A DNA stretch of 44,232 bases from an uncultured Piscirickettsiaceae bacterium (GCA_964416755.1 CAYQFH010000001.1:1-44232), one strand, 5' to 3'; shown: positions 16,866 to 26,219, counted from the stretch's first letter. Notes: generated by a model from the sequence alone, not told the origin. Numbers and translations: made by a program.

Positions 16866-18113
16866 TCAGGTGGTTCGACCACGCATCATCACCGCTTCTG
16901 CAACCCGGTTGATGGCGATCATGAAAGCGGCGGTACGATAGGAGAGCTCCTTGCGGGAGTGTGCCAGCGCCGACATCTCGAAGAAGCTGTCGACCAGTTT
17001 CTTCTCCATCTTCCTCGCAATCTCCTCCTCCTCCCAGTAGTGGCGCTGCAGGTTCTGTACCCACTCGTAGTAGGAGACGATTACACCGCCGGCATTGGCC
17101 AGAATGTCAGGGATGACCGGTATATTCTTGTTCCAGAGGATCTCGTCTGCAGTGGGAGTGGTGGGGCCATTGGCCGCTTCGATGATCATTCGGCAGTTGA
17201 GGCAGTCGGCATTCATTTTGTGGATCACACCCCCCAGAGCGGCGGGAATCAGATAGTCACACTCAAGGCAGAGTAGCTCCTCATTGCTGATCGGCTCTGC
17301 CAGTGTGGAGTTGTGGATGGAGCCGTGTTCCTCTCGATACTCTATCAGTGCAGGGATATTGATTCCGTCTGGATTGTAGAGTGCGCCATCGGCATCGCTG
17401 ACCGCGATCACCTTGCAGCTATACCCGTGTAAAGTTTGAGCAGCCCAGCTGCCGACATTGCCGAACCCCTGGATGACGACGCTACCCCCCTCTACAGGCA
17501 TATTGCGGCATTTTGCAGCTTCCCTCAGCACGATAGAGACCCCTACACCAGTGGCTGCCTCACGCCCCTTGGAACCCCCCAGACTGATCGGTTTACCAGT
17601 CACAATGCCGGGGCTGTAGCCATTCATCTGACTGTACTCGTCCATGATCCATGCCATGATCTGCGCATTGGTATTCATATCTGGGGCGGGGATGTCTGCA
17701 TGTACCCCGATGATGGGGCTGATTGCACGTACAAAGGTACGGGTCAGCTGCTCCAGTTCGCGTGGTGTCAGTTCGTGAGGGTCTACATGGATTCCCCCCT
17801 TGGCACCACCAAAGGGGATGTCGACCAGTGCCGTTTTGAAGGTCATCAGTGCAGAGAGCGCACGTACCTCATCGATATCAACCTGTGGATGGTAGCGTAG
17901 ACCACCCTTGCAGGGGCCGCGTGCATCATTGTGCTGGATGCGATAACCGCGAAAAACCTTGAGTGATCCATCCTCACGGATCAGAGGCAACTCCACGCTC
18001 AGCTCTCGGTCAGGGTACTTCAGCAGGGTGGCCAGATTCTCGTCCAGCCCCAGCTCACCGCTGACGCGGTCAAACTGATCGCAGTAGGCCTTGAAATTGT
18101 TGATCTCCATCAT
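16866..18113 (-). CDS. gdhA: Glu/Leu/Phe/Val dehydrogenase, probably NAD(P)-glutamate dehydrogenase
   Basis: KGGLRY, MTFKTA, GGAKGG, DIPAPD, GSKGREAATG, IQGFGNVG, EAANGP and ANAGGVIVSYYEWVQN. Confidence 0.93.
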   Translation of the reverse strand: MMEINNFKAYCDQFDRVSGELGLDENLATLLKYPDRELSVELPLIREDGSLKVFRGYRIQHNDARGPCKGGLRYHPQVDIDEVRALSALMTFKTALVDIPFGGAKGGIHVDPHELTPRELEQLTRTFVRAISPIIGVHADIPAPDMNTNAQIMAWIMDEYSQMNGYSPGIVTGKPISLGGSKGREAATGVGVSIVLREAAKCRNMPVEGGSVVIQGFGNVGSWAAQTLHGYSCKVIAVSDADGALYNPDGINIPALIEYREEHGSIHNSTLAEPISNEELLCLECDYLIPAALGGVIHKMNADCLNCRMIIEAANGPTTPTADEILWNKNIPVIPDILANAGGVIVSYYEWVQNLQRHYWEEEEIARKMEKKLVDSFFEMSALAHSRKELSYRTAAFMIAINRVAEAVMMRGRTT

Positions 18114-18159
18114 ATTGGTCTCTCCCCAATGAAACGGTGAATGGATAGTAGCATGTTAT

Positions 18160-18378
18160 TCAGACCAGAAATTTTCCTCTATGGTTTGGCCCGTTGTTGG
18201 TTTTTGATTCTGTTTTCGGTTTGAACTGCAGGCAGGGGCGCCCATCTGCCTGTAGTACCTCGGTTGCCGGCAATTGAGAGGTCTTGATGCCGTTGGCGCG
18301 ACAGCCACGAGGAAAGTTTTTGTCCCAGGTGATAAAGAAGTGCTGGCACTCAAAGCAGTTTGGGCCTTTGGTGTCCAT
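18160..18378 (-). CDS. Small four-cysteine protein (CxxC…C…C), function unknown
   Basis: 72 aa, NCFECQHFFITWDKNFPRGC…G.KT..LP…V…G.PC..F. Co-oriented directly upstream of gdh. Confidence 0.75.
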   Translation of the reverse strand: MDTKGPNCFECQHFFITWDKNFPRGCRANGIKTSQLPATEVLQADGRPCLQFKPKTESKTNNGPNHRGKFLV

Positions 18379-18481
18379 TAGAAAATCATCGTGATCTGAT
18401 AGGGTTGTGATGGTTTCATGCTCTGATATTCTACCTCTTTTGAAGGTCCAATCCAGAAAACAGGCAGAGGAGCAAAGGATT

Positions 18482-19123
18482 ATGCGTTGGTGGAGAGTCT
18501 TGGGGGGGGGGATGGGGGTGATGCTCTCTGCTTCAGTTGTTGCACTGGAAGTGGGAGTGACGGAGGACCTCTCCTCAATCGAGGTGCTGCATGGTGACGC
18601 ACGGTTTACAATAGAGCGTAATCAGGATGTGGAGCATCGTATTGCAGATGAGTATGCACGAACCTCACGACCCTGCCCGCCTTTCTGCATTCAACCGATG
18701 GAAGTTGCGTCTGGTGTCAAGACGATCGGTGAACTGGAATTGCTCGATTTTATGCAACGTCAGGTGGCCAGTGGTTCCGGGATGGTGATTGATGCACGCT
18801 CCAGTGACTGGTATGCAAAAGGGACGATACCAACCTCGATTAATATTCCCTATACTGATCTGGATCGAAAATTGGGAGCCGATGACTTTGTGATTGAGTT
18901 CTTTCTGGAACAGCTTGGTGTAAAGCGGCAGAATGGAGTTTGGGACTTCTTTGTTGCCAAGGATGTTGTGCTCTGGTGTAACGGACCCTGGTGTCAACAA
19001 TCACCAACAGCGATTCGAGCGCTATTGGAGTTGGGATATCCTGCAGAGAAGATTCTCTATTACCGGGGAGGCATGCAGATGTGGCAGTTGATGGGTTTTC
19101 CAGTGGTAGATCCGGCTGAGTAA
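18482..19123 (+). CDS. Exported rhodanese-domain (sulfurtransferase-like) protein
   Basis: AAAGGA SD before ATG 18482, a signal peptide, and TSRPCPPFCIQP, IDAR, GTIP…NIP, WCNGPWC and YYRGGMQ.W. Confidence 0.9.
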   Translation: MRWWRVLGGGMGVMLSASVVALEVGVTEDLSSIEVLHGDARFTIERNQDVEHRIADEYARTSRPCPPFCIQPMEVASGVKTIGELELLDFMQRQVASGSGMVIDARSSDWYAKGTIPTSINIPYTDLDRKLGADDFVIEFFLEQLGVKRQNGVWDFFVAKDVVLWCNGPWCQQSPTAIRALLELGYPAEKILYYRGGMQMWQLMGFPVVDPAE

Positions 19124-19128
19124 CAGCA

Positions 19129-21498
19129 GTGACCTATCGAGGCAAGCTCAAAGCGGGTTTCTCGGTGATGCTCCTGTTGCTATTGGTACAGGGGATCTTC
19201 TCTGGTTGGCTCTTCCGGGAGAGTCGTGATCTGGGAGAGTCAGTCAAGTATCGAGAACTTCCTCTGGTGCTGGAGGCGATGGAACTGCGTGAAGGACTGC
19301 ATCAGGTACAGGGAGCACTACAGGGGTGGATTCTGACGCAGGATAGTGCATTTCAGGTGCAGTATCAGCAGCTCTGGCAGGCGCTGCACAGTAAACAGAT
19401 TCTTGCAGACAACGCGCAGTTGGGATTGAAAGTTGCGGCACTTCAGGAGATGCAAGATCAGGTGATGGTGTTGGCACATACCTTGGAGAGCCAACCTGCT
19501 GCCCGTTTGATGAAACAGGTGTTACAACCTCTGGCGGAGGGGATCGGTGAAGCGGCTCGACGCCTGATTTTTCTGGAACGGAGGCGAGTTCCGGGTAATA
19601 AAAATGTGGTGAAGTTGCGACAGAGCAAATCTCTGATCTATACGCTCTCTACCTTCCAGCGCTCATTTTCAGAGGCTAACAATACCCTCAATAGTGTTTT
19701 GCTTAGTGGTGATGCAGATGGGCAGGCGCGTTTTACGCAACATTGGCGTGAAAATGAGGGGGCGTGGATGACTATTCACCGCTCTGATCTGACAGCAAAA
19801 CAGATGAGAGAAGTGGAGCAGATACAGCAGCGGCGAGAGCGGTTTCTGCTGGATGCGACTCGTATGATTCAGCTGCGGCGGGGGGAGAAGTGGAACTTGG
19901 CCGCCTGGAAGATGCGTCATGAGGTGGAGCCACAGTTGCAGGAGGTGTTGCTTGCGGTGACTGGTATGGTCAGACAGAACACCGAGAAGATGAATCGTGG
20001 CTTTACCCATCAGACTGAGGTGATGAATGATGGTAGCCGCATGGTCTGGATCTTTCTTGCGGTTGCGATGGTGGTGATGTCTATTGCGGCGCGTGCAGTG
20101 GCACAGGGAGTGCGTAGACCGATCCGTAAGGTGCAGCAGGTATTTCAGGATATCCATGACAAGAACTACCACACCCCGATTGAGATCGAGACCGATGACG
20201 AGATGGGGATGTTGTTGACATCATTGAAAGGGATGCGTCAGCAGTTGCTGGATGCAGCGTTGGAGGAGCAGGCAAGCAAGACGGCGCTGCAGAACCAGAA
20301 GTTTGCGCTGGACCAGGCTGCCATCGTCAGTGCTACTGACCTGGATGGAAAAATCAACTATGTCAACCACAAAATGCTCGACCTGACTGGTTATGAAGAG
20401 CATGAGTTGATGGGGCAGACTCACCAGCTGATGAAGTCGGGTGTGCATGATGATGACTTTTATGCGGATATGTGGAAGACCATCAAGGCGGGGTTGGTGT
20501 GGCGAGGTGAGGTTTGCAACCAGGTACGTGATGGCCGCAAGGTGTGGATGGATACCACCATTGTCCCTTTTTTGGGGGAGGATCTGTTGCCAGTGCAGTA
20601 TATGGCGATTCGCAGTGATATTACGGTGATCAAGGAGACGGAGCAGCGTATTCGTGAGGAGCAGAAGCGTACGGTATCTGCCAATGAGGAGCTGCAGCGT
20701 TCCATGGATGAACTTCGGGCCACACAGCAGCAGTTGGTGGAGTCCGAGAAGATGGCATCCCTGGGAGGACTGGTTGCCGGTGTGGCGCATGAGGTCAATA
20801 CCCCGTTGGGGATTAGTGTGACTGCTGCCTCTTTCCTCAAGGATCAGACCGATCAATTTCATGACAGTTACCGGTCACAGAAGATGAAGCGCTCCGATCT
20901 GGAGCGCTATGTGGAGCAGGCCAAAGAGTCTTCGGGGATTGTGCTGGAGAACCTGATGCGTGCCAGCGCACTGGTGAAGAGCTTCAAACAGGTGGCTGTG
21001 GATCAGTCCGATGAGGCGTTGCGCTCGTTTCAGGTGGTGGAGTATCTGCATGATATTTTGCGTAGCCTGCAACCGAAGCTCAAGCGTCTTCCACACGCCA
21101 TTGAGATAGAGGGGAATGAAGAGATCACCATGGTGGGGGTGCCGGGCTCTTTTGCTCAGGTGATCACCAATCTGATCATGAATGCGGTCATCCATGGATT
21201 GGAGGATACGGTTGCAGGCAGAATCGGAATTGCTGTCCAACAGCAGGGTGAGGAGGTGGTGATCCACTTTGAGGATAACGGTAAGGGGGCTTCCCGGGCG
21301 GTGGTAGAGAATATCTTTGAGCCATTTTTTACTACCAAGCGTGGAGATGGAGGAAGTGGTCTCGGAATGCATCTGGTCTACAACCTGGTTGTGCAGCAGA
21401 TGGGGGGTGAGATCAGCTGTAGCAGCATTGAGGGTGAGGGGATGGCCTTTACTCTGCGTTTTCCATGTCAATTGCAGGAGGAGCAGGTCAGGGCTTAG
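19129..21498 (+). CDS. Membrane sensor histidine kinase (helical periplasmic domain, HAMP, PAS, NtrB-like HisKA-HATPase)
   Basis: Two TM helices, HAMP (DDEMGML), PAS (TDLDGKINYVN…WRGEVCN), EKMASLGGLVAGVAHEVNTP, NLIMNA, DNGKG, FEPFFTT and GSGLG. Confidence 0.94.
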   Translation: MTYRGKLKAGFSVMLLLLLVQGIFSGWLFRESRDLGESVKYRELPLVLEAMELREGLHQVQGALQGWILTQDSAFQVQYQQLWQALHSKQILADNAQLGLKVAALQEMQDQVMVLAHTLESQPAARLMKQVLQPLAEGIGEAARRLIFLERRRVPGNKNVVKLRQSKSLIYTLSTFQRSFSEANNTLNSVLLSGDADGQARFTQHWRENEGAWMTIHRSDLTAKQMREVEQIQQRRERFLLDATRMIQLRRGEKWNLAAWKMRHEVEPQLQEVLLAVTGMVRQNTEKMNRGFTHQTEVMNDGSRMVWIFLAVAMVVMSIAARAVAQGVRRPIRKVQQVFQDIHDKNYHTPIEIETDDEMGMLLTSLKGMRQQLLDAALEEQASKTALQNQKFALDQAAIVSATDLDGKINYVNHKMLDLTGYEEHELMGQTHQLMKSGVHDDDFYADMWKTIKAGLVWRGEVCNQVRDGRKVWMDTTIVPFLGEDLLPVQYMAIRSDITVIKETEQRIREEQKRTVSANEELQRSMDELRATQQQLVESEKMASLGGLVAGVAHEVNTPLGISVTAASFLKDQTDQFHDSYRSQKMKRSDLERYVEQAKESSGIVLENLMRASALVKSFKQVAVDQSDEALRSFQVVEYLHDILRSLQPKLKRLPHAIEIEGNEEITMVGVPGSFAQVITNLIMNAVIHGLEDTVAGRIGIAVQQQGEEVVIHFEDNGKGASRAVVENIFEPFFTTKRGDGGSGLGMHLVYNLVVQQMGGEISCSSIEGEGMAFTLRFPCQLQEEQVRA

Positions 21499-21522
21499 AG
21501 CGGGATAGGTGAAGATTCAGGT

Positions 21523-21538
21523 TGGCACGGTTTATGCA
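21523..21538 (+). promoter_or_regulatory. Sigma54 (-24/-12) promoter
   Basis: TGGCAC-GGTTT-ATGCA has one mismatch to TGGCAC-N5-TTGCW with exact GG/GC spacing. It lies ~55 bp upstream of ORF 21592. Confidence 0.75.
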
Positions 21539-21591
21539 ATTTTTCTGTTGCAGGTTTTAGCAAAAAAATCAAACATGAGGAATGATGAGTC

Positions 21592-21939
21592 ATGATGAGT
21601 CAATTGAGAGAAGAGCTTCTGGATGCGATGGGGAAAACCTATCAACAGTTTTCTGTTGCGATGGAGCGGGGGGAAGCAAACCGTGCGCGTAATGCACTGA
21701 ATAAGCTTAAGTCTTTGAAAAAGAGTTTGGTTTCTGCGCGTGAGCAGGAGCAGTTTCGCTATCTCCATAGTGAGCATTCGGGACAGAGTTGTATGGTTTG
21801 TGGAGATGAAGATGGTCAGTCTGTGGTGGTACAGGCATGGGATGGCTGTGAGGGGTGTGAAGTGACCCGGTTCCGTTCACTCAAAGATGCCAAAAAGGCG
21901 CTGTTGAGCGGGGGGTATGTCGCCATGTCAATGGTTTGA
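21592..21939 (+). CDS. Hypothetical protein, helical N-terminus plus two CxxC motifs
   Basis: GAGGA SD region upstream, fills the gap between convergent genes, and has CMVC and CEGC motifs. Confidence 0.7.
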   Translation: MMSQLREELLDAMGKTYQQFSVAMERGEANRARNALNKLKSLKKSLVSAREQEQFRYLHSEHSGQSCMVCGDEDGQSVVVQAWDGCEGCEVTRFRSLKDAKKALLSGGYVAMSMV

Positions 21940-21957
21940 CGTTTGGGATGTGGTTTA

Positions 21958-23997
21958 TTACCAAAGTTGTAACGCTTCGGTACGAAGCTCATCTGTTGAT
22001 TTTCCGGTGATTGACTCAATCGCTGGATGTGGTTGTAGTCCCTTGCGGAAGGTGAGCAACCGTTTACGCCTCTGTTTTGGTGAGGCTCCCTTCCCGGTTG
22101 TGGGATCAATATAGCGTGTAGTCATCCCTTTAGGACGCTGTCTCAGTTTTTCTGGTAACCCCTCCAGCGCCTCTCTCATAAAGCGAATCCACATCGGCAG
22201 TGCGGTGTGGCCTCCAGACTCATCCTTCCCCAGTGGATAGGGCTGGTCATATCCGATCCAGCTGACCGCCACCAGATCCGGGTGGTAACCGGCAAACCAG
22301 GTGTCGATGGCCTTGTTGGAGGTGCCGGTTTTTCCGCCAATATCCTTCCGTTTCAGTTGCTGTGCCTCCTGTGCTGTGCCGCGTCGAATCACCTTCTTCA
22401 TCATGTTGTCCATCAGATAGTGGACCTCCGGTGTCAGTACCCGAATCTTCTTCCGTTTCTTGCAGAGACTGCACTGTTTGAGTTTTACCCCATTGACGGA
22501 GTGGATGAGATAGGGGAAGACCAGTTTCCCGCCATTGGCAAACGGGGTATAGGTGGTCGCCACCTCCAGTGGGGATGCGGGCAGTGAACCCACTGCCAGT
22601 GTCAGATCCTGATGCTGCCTGATCCGTTTTTTGGGTAGGCCGAGCCTGTTGAGATGGTGCAGTACCGGCTTGAAACCGATCTGTTGCAGAAGACGAATGG
22701 AGGCCAGATTTCTTGAATAGATCAAACCATCCTCCAATAGCGTAGGGCCGTGAAAGAGGTGCCCGGAGTTTTCCGGCTTCCATGGTGGGAAATCGAGTGA
22801 TCCCTTGAAGACCAGTGGAGCATCATTGAGCAGCGTGGCCACGGTTTTTCCCTGATGTAGCGCTGTGCTGTAGATCAATGGTTTGATGGTCGATCCCATC
22901 TGGCGCATCGATTGAGTCACCCGGTTGAAGGGGGTCTTGTCAAACTGGGTGCCGCCGCTGAGTGCGTTGATTGCACCGTTATGTGGATTGATTGCGACCA
23001 GTGCTCCCTGGACACTTTTGGCTGGTGGGTTGAAATCCTCTTCACGCTTGCTCCGTTTTTGCTGGCGCTTGTTGACCTCATTGACTGTTTTGCGGAGCGC
23101 CTTGATTGCACTCTTCTGCTGACTGGGGTGAATGGTGGTGGTGACAACGATCCCTTGAGTGTAGGCCCGGCTTCCCAGCTGTTTGAACAGTTCGGCACGT
23201 ACCATCTCTGCTGCATAGGGTGCAACGGTCTCTATCGGAGGGTGATGAAGTTTGGCGGTTAGCGGAGTATTGATCGCCTTGCGGTGGGCCTTGTTGGAGA
23301 TCATTCCCAGCAATTTCATTCGATCCAGCACATAGTCACGGCGCTCTTTTGCACGTTCCGGATTGCGTAGTGGATTGATACTGGAGGGGGCCTTGGGTAG
23401 TGCGGCAACCATTGCGGTTTGGGCCAGCGTGGCCTGCTCCGGAGCTACACCGTAGTAGGTCTGGAAGGCAGCAGCAATACCGTAGGCGCGGTGTCCGAGA
23501 AAGACCTTGTTGAGGTAGAGGGTCAGGATCTCCTCTTTGCTGTAAGTCTCCTCGATACGCAGTGCAAGAAAGAGTTCCTTGATCTTGCGCTCCCAGCTCT
23601 TCTCCCGGGTTAGAAAGAAGTTGCGTGCAGCCTGCATGGTGATGGTGCTGCCCCCCTGACGCTTCTCTCCGGTAATCAGATACTGAAAGGCGGCGCGTGC
23701 AATGCCGGTGGCATCAATGCCGGGATGCTCGAAATAGCGCTCATCCTCGGCAGCCAGGATGGCATCGATCATGGTTTGCGGAACCTGCCTGTAGGTGAGT
23801 GGAGTACGTCTCTTTTCTCCAAATTCAGCAATCAGAGAGCCATCTCTGGCCAGCACTCGTAGCGGAGTCTGCATCTCAATGTCCTCAATCTCCTGCTGTG
23901 AGGGAAGGGCGGGCAGAATTTCATTCTCGATGTAGTGCCAGGCAACGCCACCCGTAATCAGCGGCAGCAGTGACAGAACCAGCAGCAGAAGACGCAT
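21958..23997 (-). CDS. mrcA: Class A penicillin-binding protein (PBP1A family), short form
   Basis: Transglycosylase motifs AEDERYFEHPG, GGSTITMQ, RKIKE and YSKEEILTLYLN; transpeptidase motifs GSTIKP (SxxK), YSRN and KTG. Confidence 0.92.
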   Translation of the reverse strand: MRLLLLVLSLLPLITGGVAWHYIENEILPALPSQQEIEDIEMQTPLRVLARDGSLIAEFGEKRRTPLTYRQVPQTMIDAILAAEDERYFEHPGIDATGIARAAFQYLITGEKRQGGSTITMQAARNFFLTREKSWERKIKELFLALRIEETYSKEEILTLYLNKVFLGHRAYGIAAAFQTYYGVAPEQATLAQTAMVAALPKAPSSINPLRNPERAKERRDYVLDRMKLLGMISNKAHRKAINTPLTAKLHHPPIETVAPYAAEMVRAELFKQLGSRAYTQGIVVTTTIHPSQQKSAIKALRKTVNEVNKRQQKRSKREEDFNPPAKSVQGALVAINPHNGAINALSGGTQFDKTPFNRVTQSMRQMGSTIKPLIYSTALHQGKTVATLLNDAPLVFKGSLDFPPWKPENSGHLFHGPTLLEDGLIYSRNLASIRLLQQIGFKPVLHHLNRLGLPKKRIRQHQDLTLAVGSLPASPLEVATTYTPFANGGKLVFPYLIHSVNGVKLKQCSLCKKRKKIRVLTPEVHYLMDNMMKKVIRRGTAQEAQQLKRKDIGGKTGTSNKAIDTWFAGYHPDLVAVSWIGYDQPYPLGKDESGGHTALPMWIRFMREALEGLPEKLRQRPKGMTTRYIDPTTGKGASPKQRRKRLLTFRKGLQPHPAIESITGKSTDELRTEALQLW

Positions 23998-24615
23998 CTA
24001 GTTGCTGGCAGCCGCCTCTGCAGCCCGGCGCTCGGCACGCTTCTGTTCCCGTAGCTGTTTGGTCTGCTCCTGAAGTACCTTGCGTACCACACGATCCTTG
24101 TCCTCTTCGTGCATATGGGCGAACTCGATAGCGATTTTCCAGGGGCCATTGGGGTCATCTTCTGCGGGGAACGACTTGATTACACGAGATACGGTGCGAA
24201 TTGCAACATGCTCCGGGATAAAGGTAATCTTCAGATCAAGGAGTGAATCTTTTTCCAGCTCCTGCTGGTGGTAGATCAGTGCACCGCCGCCACTGAGGTT
24301 GACCGGCATCAGTACATTGGTCGGTGTACCGTTCTGCGGGTTGAGTGACTTCTGGTGCTCCAGCTCTCTCAGGATGATGTTGATCTTCTGGTTCATCAGA
24401 TCCAGCAGGAGTCCCATCTTCAGGTCTGAGCCAGTCACTGCAGCAATGGCATCCTGGATCTGCTTGTTCATCTTGACTGTTTCGGAGTCAATGGAGTTGT
24501 TCGGTGTCTGTGAGAGGATTGCGGTTGCCAGTTCACTGGCCTGCTCTTCATTGATGGTGCTGCATTGAATCAGTGCTTCAAGATCAATGCGGAAATGTCT
24601 GCGCTTCTGGTCCAT
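23998..24615 (-). CDS. PilZ-domain c-di-GMP-binding protein (alternative GTG start 24633)
   Basis: RRHFR (RxxxR), the L.L.NQKIN helix and NLSGGG (D/NxSxxG). Confidence 0.88.
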   Translation of the reverse strand: MDQKRRHFRIDLEALIQCSTINEEQASELATAILSQTPNNSIDSETVKMNKQIQDAIAAVTGSDLKMGLLLDLMNQKINIILRELEHQKSLNPQNGTPTNVLMPVNLSGGGALIYHQQELEKDSLLDLKITFIPEHVAIRTVSRVIKSFPAEDDPNGPWKIAIEFAHMHEEDKDRVVRKVLQEQTKQLREQKRAERRAAEAAASN

Positions 24616-24641
24616 GCTCTGCTCTTTCCTCACTTACACTT

Positions 24642-25448
24642 TTACTTCTTCAGAATAATCTCAACCCGTCGATTGGCGGATCGTCCCATTGAATTTTCAT
24701 TGTCATCGATGGGGTCAATGTCGGCATGCCCCTCTGCCTGGATACGTCCCGCCAGCTCGGGTTCGAACTCCATCATCTTGTGGACCACTGCGGTTGCACG
24801 CATACTGGAGAGTTCCCAGTTGGAAGAGAACTCTTCATTGGAGATCGGGATGTTGTCGGTGTGTCCAATCACCTGAATGCGCCCCTCCATATCAGTCAGA
24901 TTTGCAGCAATCTTTTTCAGGGTGCCAAAGATAGCACGATTGAGGCGCGCTTTACCGGTCTGAAAGGCAGCCTTGTCCTTGAGGCGGATCAGGACGGTGT
25001 TCTCTACCCCTTGCACCTCGGCCTGACGCAGAAAACTCTCCAGTTTGAGGGCCTTCTTGATGGTTTTTGTATCTTCCTGAGTCTGTTGCCGCTTCTCGTC
25101 GTTGTCACTTTCTCCATCGGAACCGGACTGCTGAGCAAGAATCTTCTTGGAGATGATACTGGTGGTCTCCTGCCGAACCACATCCTTGGTGGTCTTCTTG
25201 GTGACATTGGGAGACCACTTGAGGGCGATGATGGAGGTACCCATCGGGGTGTTGGTTGCAATGACTTCATTCTGTACACCAAAAGCCTTGTCCATACCGG
25301 CAACTACTTTCTTCATCTTTCGGGCATCAATGGTTGCAAATGAGAGCAGTAGTACAAAGAAGCAGAGTAGCAGTGACATCAGATCACCAAAGGTGGCCAG
25401 CCATGCAGGCAGCCCGGGGGGGCACTTCTTCTCGGGAGCATCTGCCAT
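24642..25448 (-). CDS. pomB: Flagellar stator B subunit, PomB/MotB type
   Basis: CPPGLPAWLATFGDLMSLLLCFFVLLLSFA and an OmpA-like domain (GHTDN, SNWELSSMRA, NRRVEI). Confidence 0.92.
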   Translation of the reverse strand: MADAPEKKCPPGLPAWLATFGDLMSLLLCFFVLLLSFATIDARKMKKVVAGMDKAFGVQNEVIATNTPMGTSIIALKWSPNVTKKTTKDVVRQETTSIISKKILAQQSGSDGESDNDEKRQQTQEDTKTIKKALKLESFLRQAEVQGVENTVLIRLKDKAAFQTGKARLNRAIFGTLKKIAANLTDMEGRIQVIGHTDNIPISNEEFSSNWELSSMRATAVVHKMMEFEPELAGRIQAEGHADIDPIDDNENSMGRSANRRVEIILKK

Positions 25449-25454
25449 CCCCGT

Positions 25455-26219
25455 TTACTCCTCGTGCTCGGCGCGCTGCTTGGAGGGGATGTAGTTGAGC
25501 AGAGAGGATTGCAGCACACGAGGGTTGAGCCCTTCCTGAATACCGGCAACCCCTTCGATGATCAGCGCCTTCTGGATACGCTCCTGTTCAGTACGCAGCT
25601 CCAACTTTTTGGCGATGGGGATGGCAATCAGGTTGGCGAGCAGCGCGCCATAGAGGGTGGTGAGCAGAGCCACCGCCATCGCCGGTCCGATTGCTGCAGG
25701 GTCACTCATGTTGGCCAGCATCTGTACCAAGCCGATCAGGGTGCCGACCATGCCCATTGCCGGAGCCAGATCACCCCACGACATAAAGAGTTTATGTGCC
25801 ACTTCATGACGCCCCAGGGTAAGGATCATGTCGGAACTGAGTTTGGAGGTGACAGTGTGAGCATCCTGCCCATCAACGCCCATCTGCAGACCAGAGCGGA
25901 GGAAGTCGCTCTCGAAGCTCTCCATCATCCCCTCCAGTGCCAGCAATCCCTCTTTTCGTACGACTTGTGCGCATTCAACGATCTGGTTGATGAGTTCGAT
26001 ATTCTCGGTCTCTTTGTAGAGGAATGCCTTGGCAGCAGTGCCCCATGCGGCCAGGAATTGGGCCAAGGTAAACTGCATCATCACCGCAGCAAGTGACCCT
26101 CCCACAACGATCACCAGCGAGGGTGCGTTGACAAACATCCCCATCTCGCCACCCAGCAAAATAGTGATGGCAACCAGTACCCAAGCGAGAATAATCCCGA
26201 CTAGACTTGCAATATCCAT
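25455..26219 (-). CDS. pomA: Flagellar stator A subunit, PomA type
   Basis: 254 aa with MDIASLVG, RKEGLLALE, APAMGMVGTLIGLVQML and IGPAMAVALLTTLYG. Confidence 0.93.
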   Translation of the reverse strand: MDIASLVGIILAWVLVAITILLGGEMGMFVNAPSLVIVVGGSLAAVMMQFTLAQFLAAWGTAAKAFLYKETENIELINQIVECAQVVRKEGLLALEGMMESFESDFLRSGLQMGVDGQDAHTVTSKLSSDMILTLGRHEVAHKLFMSWGDLAPAMGMVGTLIGLVQMLANMSDPAAIGPAMAVALLTTLYGALLANLIAIPIAKKLELRTEQERIQKALIIEGVAGIQEGLNPRVLQSSLLNYIPSKQRAEHEE

